This document shows, one piece after another, positions 38,760-47,849 of a stretch of DNA of 64,000 nt. A program made the position numbers and the translations under genes. This DNA comes from an uncultured Thermoanaerobaculia bacterium (GTDB lineage: Bacteria; Acidobacteriota; Thermoanaerobaculia; Thermoanaerobaculales; Sulfomarinibacteraceae). The notes below the pieces were generated by a model. The model saw only the letters and a program-made list of their open reading frames with translations. It was not told where the DNA came from and ran no database searches. The number at the start of each line of letters is the position of its first letter. Within the stretch, counting starts at the first letter, position 1. The DNA is taken from assembly GCA_964440565.1 (NCBI GenBank), contig CAYTTB010000004.1, positions 33,260 to 97,259 of the forward strand, written 5' to 3'.

Positions 38760-38905
38760 CCCCGACCGGGAGTGTCCCCGGTTCATCCGGCGGTGGAGGG
38801 TGTCGCCGGCGCGCGGGCGGCGGCCGTCGCGAATGAAACGCGATCCCGGTTCCACGCATACCAGCCAGCGAGCACCGCGCCTCTCCGGCGCCACGGGAGA
38901 CACCC

Positions 38906-39406
38906 ATGAATCCGTACCGCACGCTCCGGACCGCCGCCGAACGCCTCCGCGGCCTCGCCCGCCGCCTCGCCTGGCTCGCCCCGCTCGCCACCCGCATCGT
39001 TCTGGGGCTCGCCTTCGTCCAGGCAGGGCTCGGCAAGTTCCAGCACTTCGATGGAACGGTCCGGTACTTCTCGAGCCTGGGGATACCGGTCGCCACGTTC
39101 AGCGCCGGCCTCGTGGCGACGATGGAGCTCGTGGGGGGCGCGGCCCTCCTCGCGGGGTTCCTCTCGCGCCTCATGGCCTCCTGCCTGGCCGTGACCATGA
39201 TCGTGGCCCTGCTCACCGCCGAGGGCGACGCCTTCCTCCGTTCCTGGAGCCCAGGGGCCGACATCGCCCCCAGCGACGTCCTGCCGTTCCGTTTCCTGCT
39301 CCTCCTCGCCTGGGTGGCGCTCTACGGCCCCGGGACGGCGAGCCTCGACGCGCTGCTGGCGCGATGGCGGGGCCGGGGTGTAACCGGGGCCGCCCCTCCG
39401 GCATAG
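38906..39406 (+). CDS. DoxX-family membrane protein
   Basis: 166 aa. LAPLATRIVLGLAFVQAGLGKF...ATMELVGGAALLAGFLSRL. Four TMs. Confidence 0.85.
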   Translation: MNPYRTLRTAAERLRGLARRLAWLAPLATRIVLGLAFVQAGLGKFQHFDGTVRYFSSLGIPVATFSAGLVATMELVGGAALLAGFLSRLMASCLAVTMIVALLTAEGDAFLRSWSPGADIAPSDVLPFRFLLLLAWVALYGPGTASLDALLARWRGRGVTGAAPPA

Positions 39407-39483
39407 TCGCGGTCAGTGCGCATGAGATTCATACTCAACCTGTGGCCCCACCGGCCACGCGACCGCGAGAGGGAGAGGCATCC

Positions 39484-39945
39484 ATGAAGAGTTCACGCAT
39501 GAAGGACGTCCTGATCCGCACCGCCATGGCCGGCATGCTCGCCGGGGCCGGGCTGGCCGTCCCCGCCGGCGCCCACGCCGACCCGGCCCCCGCCGCACGC
39601 AACGGATGCGGCGGGAAGGACGGCTGCGGCAGCCAGAGCCAGAAGCGGGGCGAGAGGAGCGCGGAGGTCCACGTCTGCCGGGGCCTCAACTCGTGCCGGG
39701 GGAAGGGCAACTGCAGGTCCGGCGACAACGGCTGCGCCGGCAAGAACTCCTGCAAGGGCAAGGGTGGCTGCGCCAGCGCCGAGGCCCGTCACGCGTGCAA
39801 GGGCCAGAACGCGTGCAAGGGGCTCGGCGGGTGCAGGAGCGGTGACAACGGCTGCGCCGGCAAGAACTCCTGCAAGGGCAAGGGTGGCTGCGCGGTGCCG
39901 CTGCACAGGCCCCCGCAGAAGGACGGCGAGAAGAAGGCGGCGTGA
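39484..39945 (+). CDS. Sec-signal Cys-rich RiPP precursor, bufferin-like (two 6-Cys modules; 14 Cys total)
   Basis: ATG 39484 is 5 nt after GAGAGGGAGAGG (last 153 aa of the artefactual ORF 38068..39945). Signal peptide [33 protein letters not shown]. Core modules [32 protein letters not shown] and [32 protein letters not shown]. Immediately upstream of DUF692 and DUF2063 genes. Confidence 0.8.
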   Translation: MKSSRMKDVLIRTAMAGMLAGAGLAVPAGAHADPAPAARNGCGGKDGCGSQSQKRGERSAEVHVCRGLNSCRGKGNCRSGDNGCAGKNSCKGKGGCASAEARHACKGQNACKGLGGCRSGDNGCAGKNSCKGKGGCAVPLHRPPQKDGEKKAA

Positions 39946-39955
39946 GGCAGGGGAC

Positions 39956-39992
39956 GGCTGGCGGGCCGGTGACCTCGCCCGGCCCGCCGGCT
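39956..39992 (+). terminator. strong stem-loop between precursor and MNIO genes (core GGCGGGCCGG-N9-CCGGCCCGCC), candidate intra-operon attenuator
   Basis: The 10-bp perfect GC stem at 39960-39969/39979-39988 extends to about 14 bp with G-U pairs. It starts 11 nt after the precursor stop and ends 24 nt before the next start. Confidence 0.45.
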
Positions 39993-40016
39993 CCCCGGTC
40001 CGGAAGGAGGGCAGGG

Positions 40017-40865
40017 ATGGGCACGCCCAACCGATGGGGTTTCCCGGACCTCGGGCTCGGCCTCGGGCTCAGGACGGTGCACTTCGACGAGATCCTGGAG
40101 CGCCGGCCGGAGCTCGGGTTCTTCGAGATCCTCACCGAGAACTTCCTGGACACCGGAGGCCGCCCCGCCGCGGTCCTCGACGCCGTGGCCGCCACCTACC
40201 CGGTGGTGCTGCACGGGGTCTCCATGTCCGTCGGCTCCACCGACCCGCTCGACCTCGAGTACCTGCGCAAGGTGAAGGCGCTGGCCGAGCGGACCGGAGC
40301 GCTGTGGGTCTCGGACCACGTCTGCTGGACGGGAGTGATGGGGCGCAACACCCACGACCTGCTGCCGCTGCCGTACACCGAGGAGGTCCTGCGGCACGTC
40401 GTGGAGCGGGTCCGGCTGGTGCAGGACGTCCTCGAGCGCCCTCTGGTGCTCGAGAACCCGTCCACCTACCTGGAGTTCGCGCACTCCGAGATGCCCGAGT
40501 GGGAGTTCGTCGCGCGGCTCGCCGAGGAGGCGGACTGCGGTCTGCTCCTCGACGTCAACAACGTCTTCGTGAGCGCCTTCAACCACGGCTTCGACCCCCG
40601 TGCCTACATCGAGGCGATTCCGGGCGAGCGGGTCTGTCAGTACCACCTCGCGGGCCACACCCACAAGGGGACCCACATCCTGGACACCCATGACGATCAC
40701 GTGGTGGAGCCGGTGTGGGAGCTGTACGGCCACACGCTGCGGCACGTGGGCCTGCGGGCGACCCTGCTCGAATGGGACGCGGACATCCCTCCCCTGTCCA
40801 CCTGCATCGCGGAGGTGCGCAAGGCGCTTTCCTGGCGCGAGCGGGAGGTGTCCCGTGCCGCCTGA
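40017..40865 (+). CDS. DUF692 / MNIO-family (MbnB/BufB-like multinuclear non-heme iron oxidase)
   Basis: ATG 40017 after GGAAGGAGG. Family hallmarks: [88 protein letters not shown]. Confidence 0.9.
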   Translation: MGTPNRWGFPDLGLGLGLRTVHFDEILERRPELGFFEILTENFLDTGGRPAAVLDAVAATYPVVLHGVSMSVGSTDPLDLEYLRKVKALAERTGALWVSDHVCWTGVMGRNTHDLLPLPYTEEVLRHVVERVRLVQDVLERPLVLENPSTYLEFAHSEMPEWEFVARLAEEADCGLLLDVNNVFVSAFNHGFDPRAYIEAIPGERVCQYHLAGHTHKGTHILDTHDDHVVEPVWELYGHTLRHVGLRATLLEWDADIPPLSTCIAEVRKALSWREREVSRAA

Positions 40866-41688
40866 GTCACTCTCCCTGGAGCGCGTGCAGCGCTGGCTGC
40901 AGTCCGTGATCGTGCATCCCGGCGGCGTCGAGGAGGCGCTGGCCTCGCCCGAGGCGGCGGCCGACCTCCCGCCCGAGGCGCTGCCCGAGGTGGTCCGCCC
41001 CTCCTGGAGCCTCGACCCCCGCGAGCGGGTGGGCATCTACCACGGCATGTACCTGCTGCGGATGATCGAGGCGCTCGAGGCCGACTTCCCCGTCATCCGC
41101 CACCGTCTCGGAGCGGACGCCTTCGCCGACCTCGTCGCCGCCTACGTCGCCGAGTACCCGTCCCGGAGCTACACCCTGAACCGTCTGGGCGATCGCCTGC
41201 CCGAGTTCCTCGACGCGCATCCGGAGATCCCCGACCACGCCTCCCTCGCGGACCTCGCCAGGTTCGAGCTCGCCGTCACCCAGGTGTTCGACGAGGAGGA
41301 GACCCCCTCCCTCGCCGCGGAGCACCTCGCCGATCTGCCCCCGGAGAGCTGGCCGGAGCTCCGCCTCCGCCCCGTCGCGGCCTTCCGCCTGCTCGCGCTC
41401 CGGCACGCGGTCCTCCCCGACCTGGAGGCGTACCACGAGGACAGGCCGCCGCCGGCGCCGCGCCGCCGGGCCACGTTCCTCGCGGTGTACCGCCGCGCCT
41501 TCCGGGTGTACCACCTCGCGCTCTCCCGCCCCGAGCACGAGCTGCTCGCGGCCCTCGCCCGCGGCGCGCCCCTCGGGGAGGCGCTCGCCACCGCCGCCTC
41601 GCGCCTCCCGGCCGGGCGGCGCGAGGGGAAGGTCTTCGCCTGGTTCCGGAGCTGGGTCGCGGCGGGCCTGTTCCGGGCCCCGGCCTGA
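40855..41688 (+). CDS. DUF2063-domain protein (MNIO partner, BufC/MbnC-like role)
   Basis: GTG 40855 overlaps the MNIO gene by 11 nt. N-terminus [17 protein letters not shown]...[62 protein letters not shown] is the DUF2063 pattern. Confidence 0.8.
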   Translation: MPPESLSLERVQRWLQSVIVHPGGVEEALASPEAAADLPPEALPEVVRPSWSLDPRERVGIYHGMYLLRMIEALEADFPVIRHRLGADAFADLVAAYVAEYPSRSYTLNRLGDRLPEFLDAHPEIPDHASLADLARFELAVTQVFDEEETPSLAAEHLADLPPESWPELRLRPVAAFRLLALRHAVLPDLEAYHEDRPPPAPRRRATFLAVYRRAFRVYHLALSRPEHELLAALARGAPLGEALATAASRLPAGRREGKVFAWFRSWVAAGLFRAPA

Positions 41689-41697
41689 GCGAGCCGC

Positions 41698-42426
41698 TCA
41701 GAACCGGAGGGCCGCGCTCAGGAACGCCGCGGTGGCCGAGCCGCGCCTGAGCTCGGCGCGGAGGCCGAGCAGCGGCAGACGCAGCGCGACCCCCACCGCG
41801 GCCACCGCCGTCGTCGCCTCGACCCGGTGGCGGAGGGGGTCCGGATCGCCCCAGCTGGCCTCGGCCTCCCACCGCCGGACGCCCAGGGCGCCGTAGGGAA
41901 CCAGCGGGCCCACGCCCTTGGAGACCGTCACCGTCACCGAGGTGGTGGTCAGGTCCACCGGTCCCGACCCGAGCTCCGACCACGCTGCACGCAGGCCGAC
42001 GGCGGGCACCAGCGTCGAGCCGCGGACCAGCGCCACGCGCCCCTCGAGGCCGTGGAACGTCTCCCCCGCGACCGACCCCACCGAGGCGCCCACGTCGAGC
42101 CCCAGCGGCAGCCCCTTGCGGACCGCCACCCGCACCCCCGCCAGGCCGCCGGCGGCGCGGCTCGCCCCCTCGAGGGTGCGCCGCCACCAGGGCGCGTCAC
42201 GGTCGCCACCCACCCACACCGCGCCCGCGTCCACCTCGAGGCCCATGACCCCCAGCGCCCGCGAGGGCCCGGCGGGCGGCGCGATGGCCTCGGCCAGGTG
42301 CTCCGCGAGCTCGCGAAACTCGCCCGGGCTCAGCGCCGGATCGAGGTGGAGGTCGCCCGCGTGCGCCCAGCCCGATCCCGCGACGATCGCCGCCACAACC
42401 GACAATGCCAGCACCCGTTCACGCAT
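41698..42426 (-). CDS. putative outer-membrane beta-barrel protein
   Basis: Signal peptide MRERVLALSVVAAIVAGSGWAHA. Alternating beta pattern. C-terminal ...AAFLSAALRF (terminal Phe). Overlaps the upstream GGDEF-EAL gene by 8 nt. Confidence 0.5.
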   Translation of the reverse strand: MRERVLALSVVAAIVAGSGWAHAGDLHLDPALSPGEFRELAEHLAEAIAPPAGPSRALGVMGLEVDAGAVWVGGDRDAPWWRRTLEGASRAAGGLAGVRVAVRKGLPLGLDVGASVGSVAGETFHGLEGRVALVRGSTLVPAVGLRAAWSELGSGPVDLTTTSVTVTVSKGVGPLVPYGALGVRRWEAEASWGDPDPLRHRVEATTAVAAVGVALRLPLLGLRAELRRGSATAAFLSAALRF

Positions 42427-44203
42427 CCCGTCCCTCCGCCAGCACGCGCTCCAGTGGCTCCGGCCGGTGACACCAGTACCCCTGCAGGAAGTCCACGCCG
42501 AGGCCGAGGGCGACCTCGGCCGCTCCCCGCCCCGGCACGCCCTCCGCCACCGTCACGAGGCCGAGCAGGCGCGCGATCTCGGTCACGGACCGGACCATGG
42601 CACGGTCCAGTGAGCTCGTCACCAGGTCCTGGACGAACCTCCGGTCGATCTTGAGGACATCCACCGGCAGGTCGCGCAGCGAACCGTACGAGGCCATCCC
42701 GGCGCCGAAGTCGTCGAGCGCGAAGCGGAACCCCCCGGCCCGCATCCTGCCCATCACCGCCACCACCCGGTCGAGCTCCTCCACGGCCCCGCTCTCGGTG
42801 ACCTCGAAGCAGACCTGGCCGGGCTCCAGCCCCGACTCGCGGACCGCCTCGGCCGCGAGCTCCGGAAACCGGTCCCAGAGAAGGGTGGGGGCCGAGACGT
42901 TCACACCGACCCACTCGATGGCCTCCCGGACGCCCGCGGGCGCACGCCGCACCGCCGCCGCCACGGCCCCCAGCACCCACCGATCGAGCTCCCGGATCAG
43001 CCCGAACCGCTCCGCCGCGGGAACGAACTCGCCCGCCGTGTGCAGGCTGCCCTCCCGGTCCAGCAGCCGCACCAGGGCCTCGAAGCGGACCCCCCGATCG
43101 CCGCCGGCGGCGGGGACGATCCGCTGGGCGTGGACGCGGAGCCGGGCCTCCTCCATCGCCCGGTTGAGCTCCACAACCCACCGCACCTCGTTCTCCCGCC
43201 GGCGGATCTCGAGGCTGTCCACGTCGTAGAGGAGCACGCGGTCGCCGCCGCCCCGCTGGGCGGCGCAGCAGGCGGCGTCCGCCTCGCCGAGCAGGTCCTC
43301 CGCGGAGGCGGCCCCGCCCGCCACCGGGACCACCCCGCACGAGGCGGTCACCCCGATCACCGACGCCCCCCAGTGCACGCGATGCTCGCGGACGAGCTCG
43401 AGCGCCCGCCGGCAGAGCGCCACCGCCGCGGCCGGCGTGCAGTCGTGCACCAGCACCGCGAACTCGTCGCTCCCCACCCTGGCGACCACGTCCCCATCGC
43501 GGAACGTGAAGCGGAGGAGATCGGCGACGTCGCGCAGGAGCCGGTCCCCTGCCGCGTGTCCGGCCGCCTCGTTGACCAGGCGGAAGCGGTCGAGGTCCAT
43601 GTAGCACAGGGCGTGGGTCGCCTCTCCCCGCGCCGCGAGCGTCTCGCGCAGGCGGCGCCCGAGCTCGGCCCGGTTGACCAGCCCGGTGACCGGATCGCGC
43701 GTGGCGTGGTGCGCGAGCTGCAACGCCAGCAGCCGCCGCTCGCTCACGTCCTGGAAGACGATCACGTGCCCCAGCACCCCGCCACGCGGCTCGAGGATGG
43801 GGGCGACCGAGGCGCGGACGGGAACCCTGCGGCCGTCGCGCCGGGCGAGCGAGACGTCCTCGATCACGCCTCCCTCCCGGGCCAGCGACAGCGGGTCCGT
43901 CTCCTGCACCTCGCCCGGCCCCTCGTGCTCCGCCGCCAGCCGCAGCACCTCCGCCACCGGGCGGCTCTCCGCCTCCTCCCGGCTCCAGCCCGTGAGGCGC
44001 TCCGCCGCGGCGTTGAGCGTGCGGACCCTGCCGGAGGGGTCCGTCACCACGACGCCGTCGGCGATGGAGGCCAGCGTCACCTCGGCCAGCCGCCGCTGAC
44101 GCTCCAGCTCCTCGAGCTGCCGGTCGTAGGCCCGCGTGGTCTGCACCAGCAGGTTGTGCAGGATCGCCGCATCGAGGTCCGGCCGGCCGCCCCCGCCGCT
44201 CAC
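42419..44203 (-). CDS. PAS / GGDEF (GSDEF variant) / EAL c-di-GMP turnover protein
   Basis: PAS (IADGVVVTDPSGRVRTLNAAAERLTGW). RDGDVVARVGSDEFAVLV. EAL domain FEALVRL...DDFGAGMASYGSL...LKIDR. GTGA overlap with the FIST gene. Confidence 0.85.
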   Translation of the reverse strand: MSGGGGRPDLDAAILHNLLVQTTRAYDRQLEELERQRRLAEVTLASIADGVVVTDPSGRVRTLNAAAERLTGWSREEAESRPVAEVLRLAAEHEGPGEVQETDPLSLAREGGVIEDVSLARRDGRRVPVRASVAPILEPRGGVLGHVIVFQDVSERRLLALQLAHHATRDPVTGLVNRAELGRRLRETLAARGEATHALCYMDLDRFRLVNEAAGHAAGDRLLRDVADLLRFTFRDGDVVARVGSDEFAVLVHDCTPAAAVALCRRALELVREHRVHWGASVIGVTASCGVVPVAGGAASAEDLLGEADAACCAAQRGGGDRVLLYDVDSLEIRRRENEVRWVVELNRAMEEARLRVHAQRIVPAAGGDRGVRFEALVRLLDREGSLHTAGEFVPAAERFGLIRELDRWVLGAVAAAVRRAPAGVREAIEWVGVNVSAPTLLWDRFPELAAEAVRESGLEPGQVCFEVTESGAVEELDRVVAVMGRMRAGGFRFALDDFGAGMASYGSLRDLPVDVLKIDRRFVQDLVTSSLDRAMVRSVTEIARLLGLVTVAEGVPGRGAAEVALGLGVDFLQGYWCHRPEPLERVLAEGRDA

Positions 44204-45315
44204 GCGCCGGTCTCCCGGAACAGCGCCAGCACCGCCGTCTGGTTGTAGAACGCCGGGCGCCCGCTCACGGCCGGACCCACCTCCCCGAAGGTGAAGAACC
44301 CCGCGAGCGGCGCCTCACCCAGCGCCGTGGAGAGGGCGGCGGCCTCCTCCCCTGCCCGATCGCCCAGCACAAGCTCCCGCCCCACGCAGGAGAAGACCAC
44401 CGCAGCCTCGGGCCGGAAGGTGGGACGCACCCGCGCCGCCCCCCGCGCCAGCGAGCCACCGTCACCGATCCCGAGCCGCACGCGGTCGCCCTCCACCAGG
44501 TCTCCCCAGTAGGTCACCGCACCCGGCGGGCGGTCGAACCAGCGCATGCTCCGGTACAGCCCCCGCCGCTCCGGCCTCGGCCCGTCCACGATGAGCGGGA
44601 ACCGGTAGGCGGTCTCGGGCAGCGGCGCGAGCTCCCCGCCCACCGTGAACAGCGCCTCGTACCACCGCGTGGCCGGCTCCCCCTCGAGCTCGTAGAGGAC
44701 GTTGCCGGCGGCCTTGGTGACCGTGAACCTCGGCCCCGCGGGCTCCCACCCCCGCACGATCTCCACCGCCACCTCCACGCCCGAAAACCCCACCACCACC
44801 GCCCCCGCCTCCACCACGCCCCCGCCGGTGGCCACCCGGGCCAGCGGGACCTCGACCGGCTCCGCCTGGGAGGCGAGCCCGCCGGCGAGCCGGCCGCAGT
44901 CCACTCCCATGGCCCGGAGCCTGGCCAGGAACGCCTGGACCGGAAACCGGAGCCCGTCGGCCAGCAGGAGGGCACCCGAGGAGCGGCGGATCAGCGCCAC
45001 GGCCTCCCGCACGGAATCCAGGGCGAGAGGTTCACCGCGCCGGCCGGGGACCACCGCGATCTCCGCCGACCACCGCGAGCCCCGGGGCCCGAGGAGCAGC
45101 GCCACGCCGTCCCGCCGCAGATGGCTCCCAGCGAACTGGGTCACCGCCTCCACCGCCACCACCCGGCTCGCCGGCCACCGTGCCTCGAGCTCCGCCAGCC
45201 TCCCGTCCAGCTCGTGGCCGGGCGGGACGAAGGCCAGCACCAGCTCCGGCTCCACCTCCGACCCGGAGCCGCCGTCCCGCCCGAGCTCGGCCAGCGGCAC
45301 CACGGACCCTCGCAT
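44200..45315 (-). CDS. FIST (FIST_N + FIST_C) sensory-domain protein
   Basis: Last 371 aa of the artefactual ORF 44200..47076, from ATG (CAT 45313-45315). C-terminus AAVVFSCVGR...LAGFFTFGEVGP....PAFYNQTAVLALF is typical of FIST_C. Confidence 0.8.
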   Translation of the reverse strand: MRGSVVPLAELGRDGGSGSEVEPELVLAFVPPGHELDGRLAELEARWPASRVVAVEAVTQFAGSHLRRDGVALLLGPRGSRWSAEIAVVPGRRGEPLALDSVREAVALIRRSSGALLLADGLRFPVQAFLARLRAMGVDCGRLAGGLASQAEPVEVPLARVATGGGVVEAGAVVVGFSGVEVAVEIVRGWEPAGPRFTVTKAAGNVLYELEGEPATRWYEALFTVGGELAPLPETAYRFPLIVDGPRPERRGLYRSMRWFDRPPGAVTYWGDLVEGDRVRLGIGDGGSLARGAARVRPTFRPEAAVVFSCVGRELVLGDRAGEEAAALSTALGEAPLAGFFTFGEVGPAVSGRPAFYNQTAVLALFRETGA

Positions 45316-45501
45316 CCTCGCGACCCTCCCGAATCCCCCTCGGGGCAGGCTCCACCCTGTCTCGGGTACAGAGCGCCTCCACGATAGCCGCGCCCGGCGG
45401 GGTTTCGCAAGGCCCGAGGGCGTCCGAGATCCCCTATACTTGACCGCGATGAGCCTCGGCCGGGAAGCGCCGCGCGCGAGCCCCGGGGGACGGCCGGGCG
45501 C

Positions 45502-47757
45502 ATGAACGCCCGTTCCCGCCTCTGGCTCGCCGGAGCCGCCGCCCTCGCGGTGCTCGCCACCCTGGCGTGGGGACTCGGGGTGGAGTACCGGGCGAGCGCC
45601 CGCCAGCTCGGGTTCGCGATGCAGGAAGCGGGCGCGTGCACGGTCACCGCCGTGATGCCGCGCTCCCCCGCCGCCCGCGGAGGTCTGCGCACCGGAGACC
45701 GGATCGTCTCGGTGAACGGCGCGCCCGTCCGCTCCGTCCTCGACTACCAGCGGCTGGCACGGACGTTCCGCCGCGGGGTCCCGGTCCGCCTCGTCGTGGA
45801 GCGGGAGGGACGTCCGGTGGAGCTCCACATCCGGCCGGGGTACCCGTTCTGGACCGTGGGCAGGATCGCCACCGTGGTGGTGGTGCTGGCGTACCTCGCG
45901 CTCGCCGTCGCCTCGCTCCTCTACGGCGCGGGCGACCCGCGTGCCAGCCTGCTCTTCTGGTTCTCGGTCGCGGTGGCTCTCGAGATCGCGCTGCCCGATC
46001 TGCTGGTGGGCTTCCCGCGCGTCCAGGAAGGGGTCATCGTCGCGACGTTCCTGCTCAACGGGATCCAGGCCGGCATCGAGCTGCACCTCGCCTCGGTGGT
46101 GCCCGAGCCGCGGCCGGTGCTGCGCCGTCACCCGCGGCTGGTGCTCGGGTTCTACGCCGTGGGCGGCGGCATCGGCCTGGTGGGCGCGCTCACCGCCGTC
46201 TCCGAGTTCCGCGGCCTCGGCTGGTTCCCGTGGACCCTGCAGCAGGCCGCGTACGCGATCTTCGACGTGGGGTTCTTCCTCTGGGCCGCGGCGGTCTGCT
46301 TCCTCCTCTACCGGGGGGTGAGGACGGCCTCCACCCCGCGCGGGCGCCACCAGGCGCTGCTGATCCTCATGGGGGTGCTGCCGTGGGCGGTCCTGGCCAC
46401 CCTCTACTCCATCCTGGACCTCCTGGGCAGCGGGGCGCCGACCTGGATCTCCGCCGTGCAGCCGTACGTCCTGCTCGTCTACCCGGTCGCGGTGTTCGCG
46501 GCGATCTTCCGGTACGGTCTGTTCGACATCGAGGTCGTGGTCCGCCGTGGCCTCGCGTACGCGGGGGCCACCGCCCTGCTGCTCGCCGTGTTCTACGCGG
46601 TGCTCGGGACGGTGGGCGCCCTCCTCTCGCCACTGCTCGGGGAGCACGCCTCGATCTGGGTGTTCTCCTCTGCCGCGCTGGTCCTCGGCCTGCTCGCGAG
46701 CCCGCTGTACCGGCTGGTGCACCGGACGGTGGAGACCCGCTTCTTCCCCGAGCGGCGCGCGCTCCAGGAGCGGCTCGCGGACCTCGCCGACCGCCTGCCC
46801 GCCCTGGGCAGCCTCGAGGCGATGGGACGGCACCTCGTGCGCGAGCTGGCGCAGATCTTCCGCGTGGAGCCGGTGACCCTGATGCTCGCCGACACCGCCA
46901 GCGGGGTGCTCGGCGAGCTGGCGACCACGGACCGCCAGGAGGACCGGTTCGAGCGCTCCCTCCTGCTCGCCGCGGACGACCCCGGGATCGCCCGGCTCAA
47001 GCAGGCCCGCCGGCCGGCGCCGGTGCGGGAGCTCGTCCGGTACTCGGGCTCGCTCGCACAGCGGGCGCGCGACCACCGCGCCACCTACGTGGTCCCGCTA
47101 CTGAGCCGCGAGCGGCTCGTGGGTCTCGTGTTCCTCGGCGACCGCACCAACGGGGAGCCCCTGCGCCGCGAGGAGCTGGAGCTGCTCACCCTGTTCGGGC
47201 ACGGGCTCGCCTCGGTGCTGGAGAACGTGCGCCTCTTCCACTCGGCCACCTACGAGGGACTGACCGGCCTCCTGCGCCGGGAGGCCATCCTCGAGCGGCT
47301 CGGGGAGGAGCTCCAGCGCGCGGCGCGCTACGAGCGGCCGCTGTCGGTGGCCATGGCGGACCTCGACCACTTCAAGGAGGTCAACGATACCCACGGCCAC
47401 CTCACGGGCGACGCGCTGCTGAAGGCCGTGGCCCACCACCTCAAGTCGGAGCTGCGCTCGGCCGACGCCGTCGGCCGGTACGGGGGCGAGGAGTTCCTCA
47501 TCGTGCTCCCGGAGACGGATCTGGACGGCGCCCTGGCCGTGGCCGAGAAGATCCGGGAGCGCATCCAGACGCTGGAGGTGGTGGCGGAGGACGGGACGCG
47601 CGTACCCATCACGGTCTCCATCGGCGTGGCCACCGCCCCCCCGGCGAGCACGGCCGGGCTCCAGCCCCATCTCCTGATCGAGACGGCGGACCGCAACCTG
47701 CTCGAGGCGAAGCGGCTGGGCCGCAACCGCGTGATCGGGGGGCGCCTGCTGCCGTGA
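45502..47757 (+). CDS. PDZ / multi-TM / GAF / GGDEF diguanylate cyclase (GGEEF, RxxD I-site)
   Basis: PDZ (SPAARGGLRTGDRIVSVNGAPV). About 8 hydrophobic segments. GAF-like region. YEGLTGLLRR, MADLDHFKEVND, RSADAVGRYGGEEFLIVLPET. Confidence 0.85.
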   Translation: MNARSRLWLAGAAALAVLATLAWGLGVEYRASARQLGFAMQEAGACTVTAVMPRSPAARGGLRTGDRIVSVNGAPVRSVLDYQRLARTFRRGVPVRLVVEREGRPVELHIRPGYPFWTVGRIATVVVVLAYLALAVASLLYGAGDPRASLLFWFSVAVALEIALPDLLVGFPRVQEGVIVATFLLNGIQAGIELHLASVVPEPRPVLRRHPRLVLGFYAVGGGIGLVGALTAVSEFRGLGWFPWTLQQAAYAIFDVGFFLWAAAVCFLLYRGVRTASTPRGRHQALLILMGVLPWAVLATLYSILDLLGSGAPTWISAVQPYVLLVYPVAVFAAIFRYGLFDIEVVVRRGLAYAGATALLLAVFYAVLGTVGALLSPLLGEHASIWVFSSAALVLGLLASPLYRLVHRTVETRFFPERRALQERLADLADRLPALGSLEAMGRHLVRELAQIFRVEPVTLMLADTASGVLGELATTDRQEDRFERSLLLAADDPGIARLKQARRPAPVRELVRYSGSLAQRARDHRATYVVPLLSRERLVGLVFLGDRTNGEPLRREELELLTLFGHGLASVLENVRLFHSATYEGLTGLLRREAILERLGEELQRAARYERPLSVAMADLDHFKEVNDTHGHLTGDALLKAVAHHLKSELRSADAVGRYGGEEFLIVLPETDLDGALAVAEKIRERIQTLEVVAEDGTRVPITVSIGVATAPPASTAGLQPHLLIETADRNLLEAKRLGRNRVIGGRLLP

Positions 47758-47849
47758 CTTGAGAAATCGGCGGCCGGGGAGTATGCTTGCGCACCGCGGG
47801 CCGGGTGCGTCCGTGACTCTCCGACGAAAGGGAGGTGGGATTATCGCCG

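Noticed and set aside
38407-38905. ORFs 38352..38909 (+) and 38403..38903 (-) filling the long gap upstream of DoxX
   Set aside because: Both are Arg/Pro/Gly-rich, mutually antisense, and mostly made of the tandem DNA repeats. Treated as non-coding regulatory or repeat DNA.
47776-47791. Sigma-54-like -24/-12 element (GGGGAG-N5-TTGC) upstream of speH
   Set aside because: Only the GG and TTGC dinucleotide positions fit. The TGGCAC half is poor, and GG/GC matches are expected by chance at this GC content. No enhancer-binding protein gene lies nearby.
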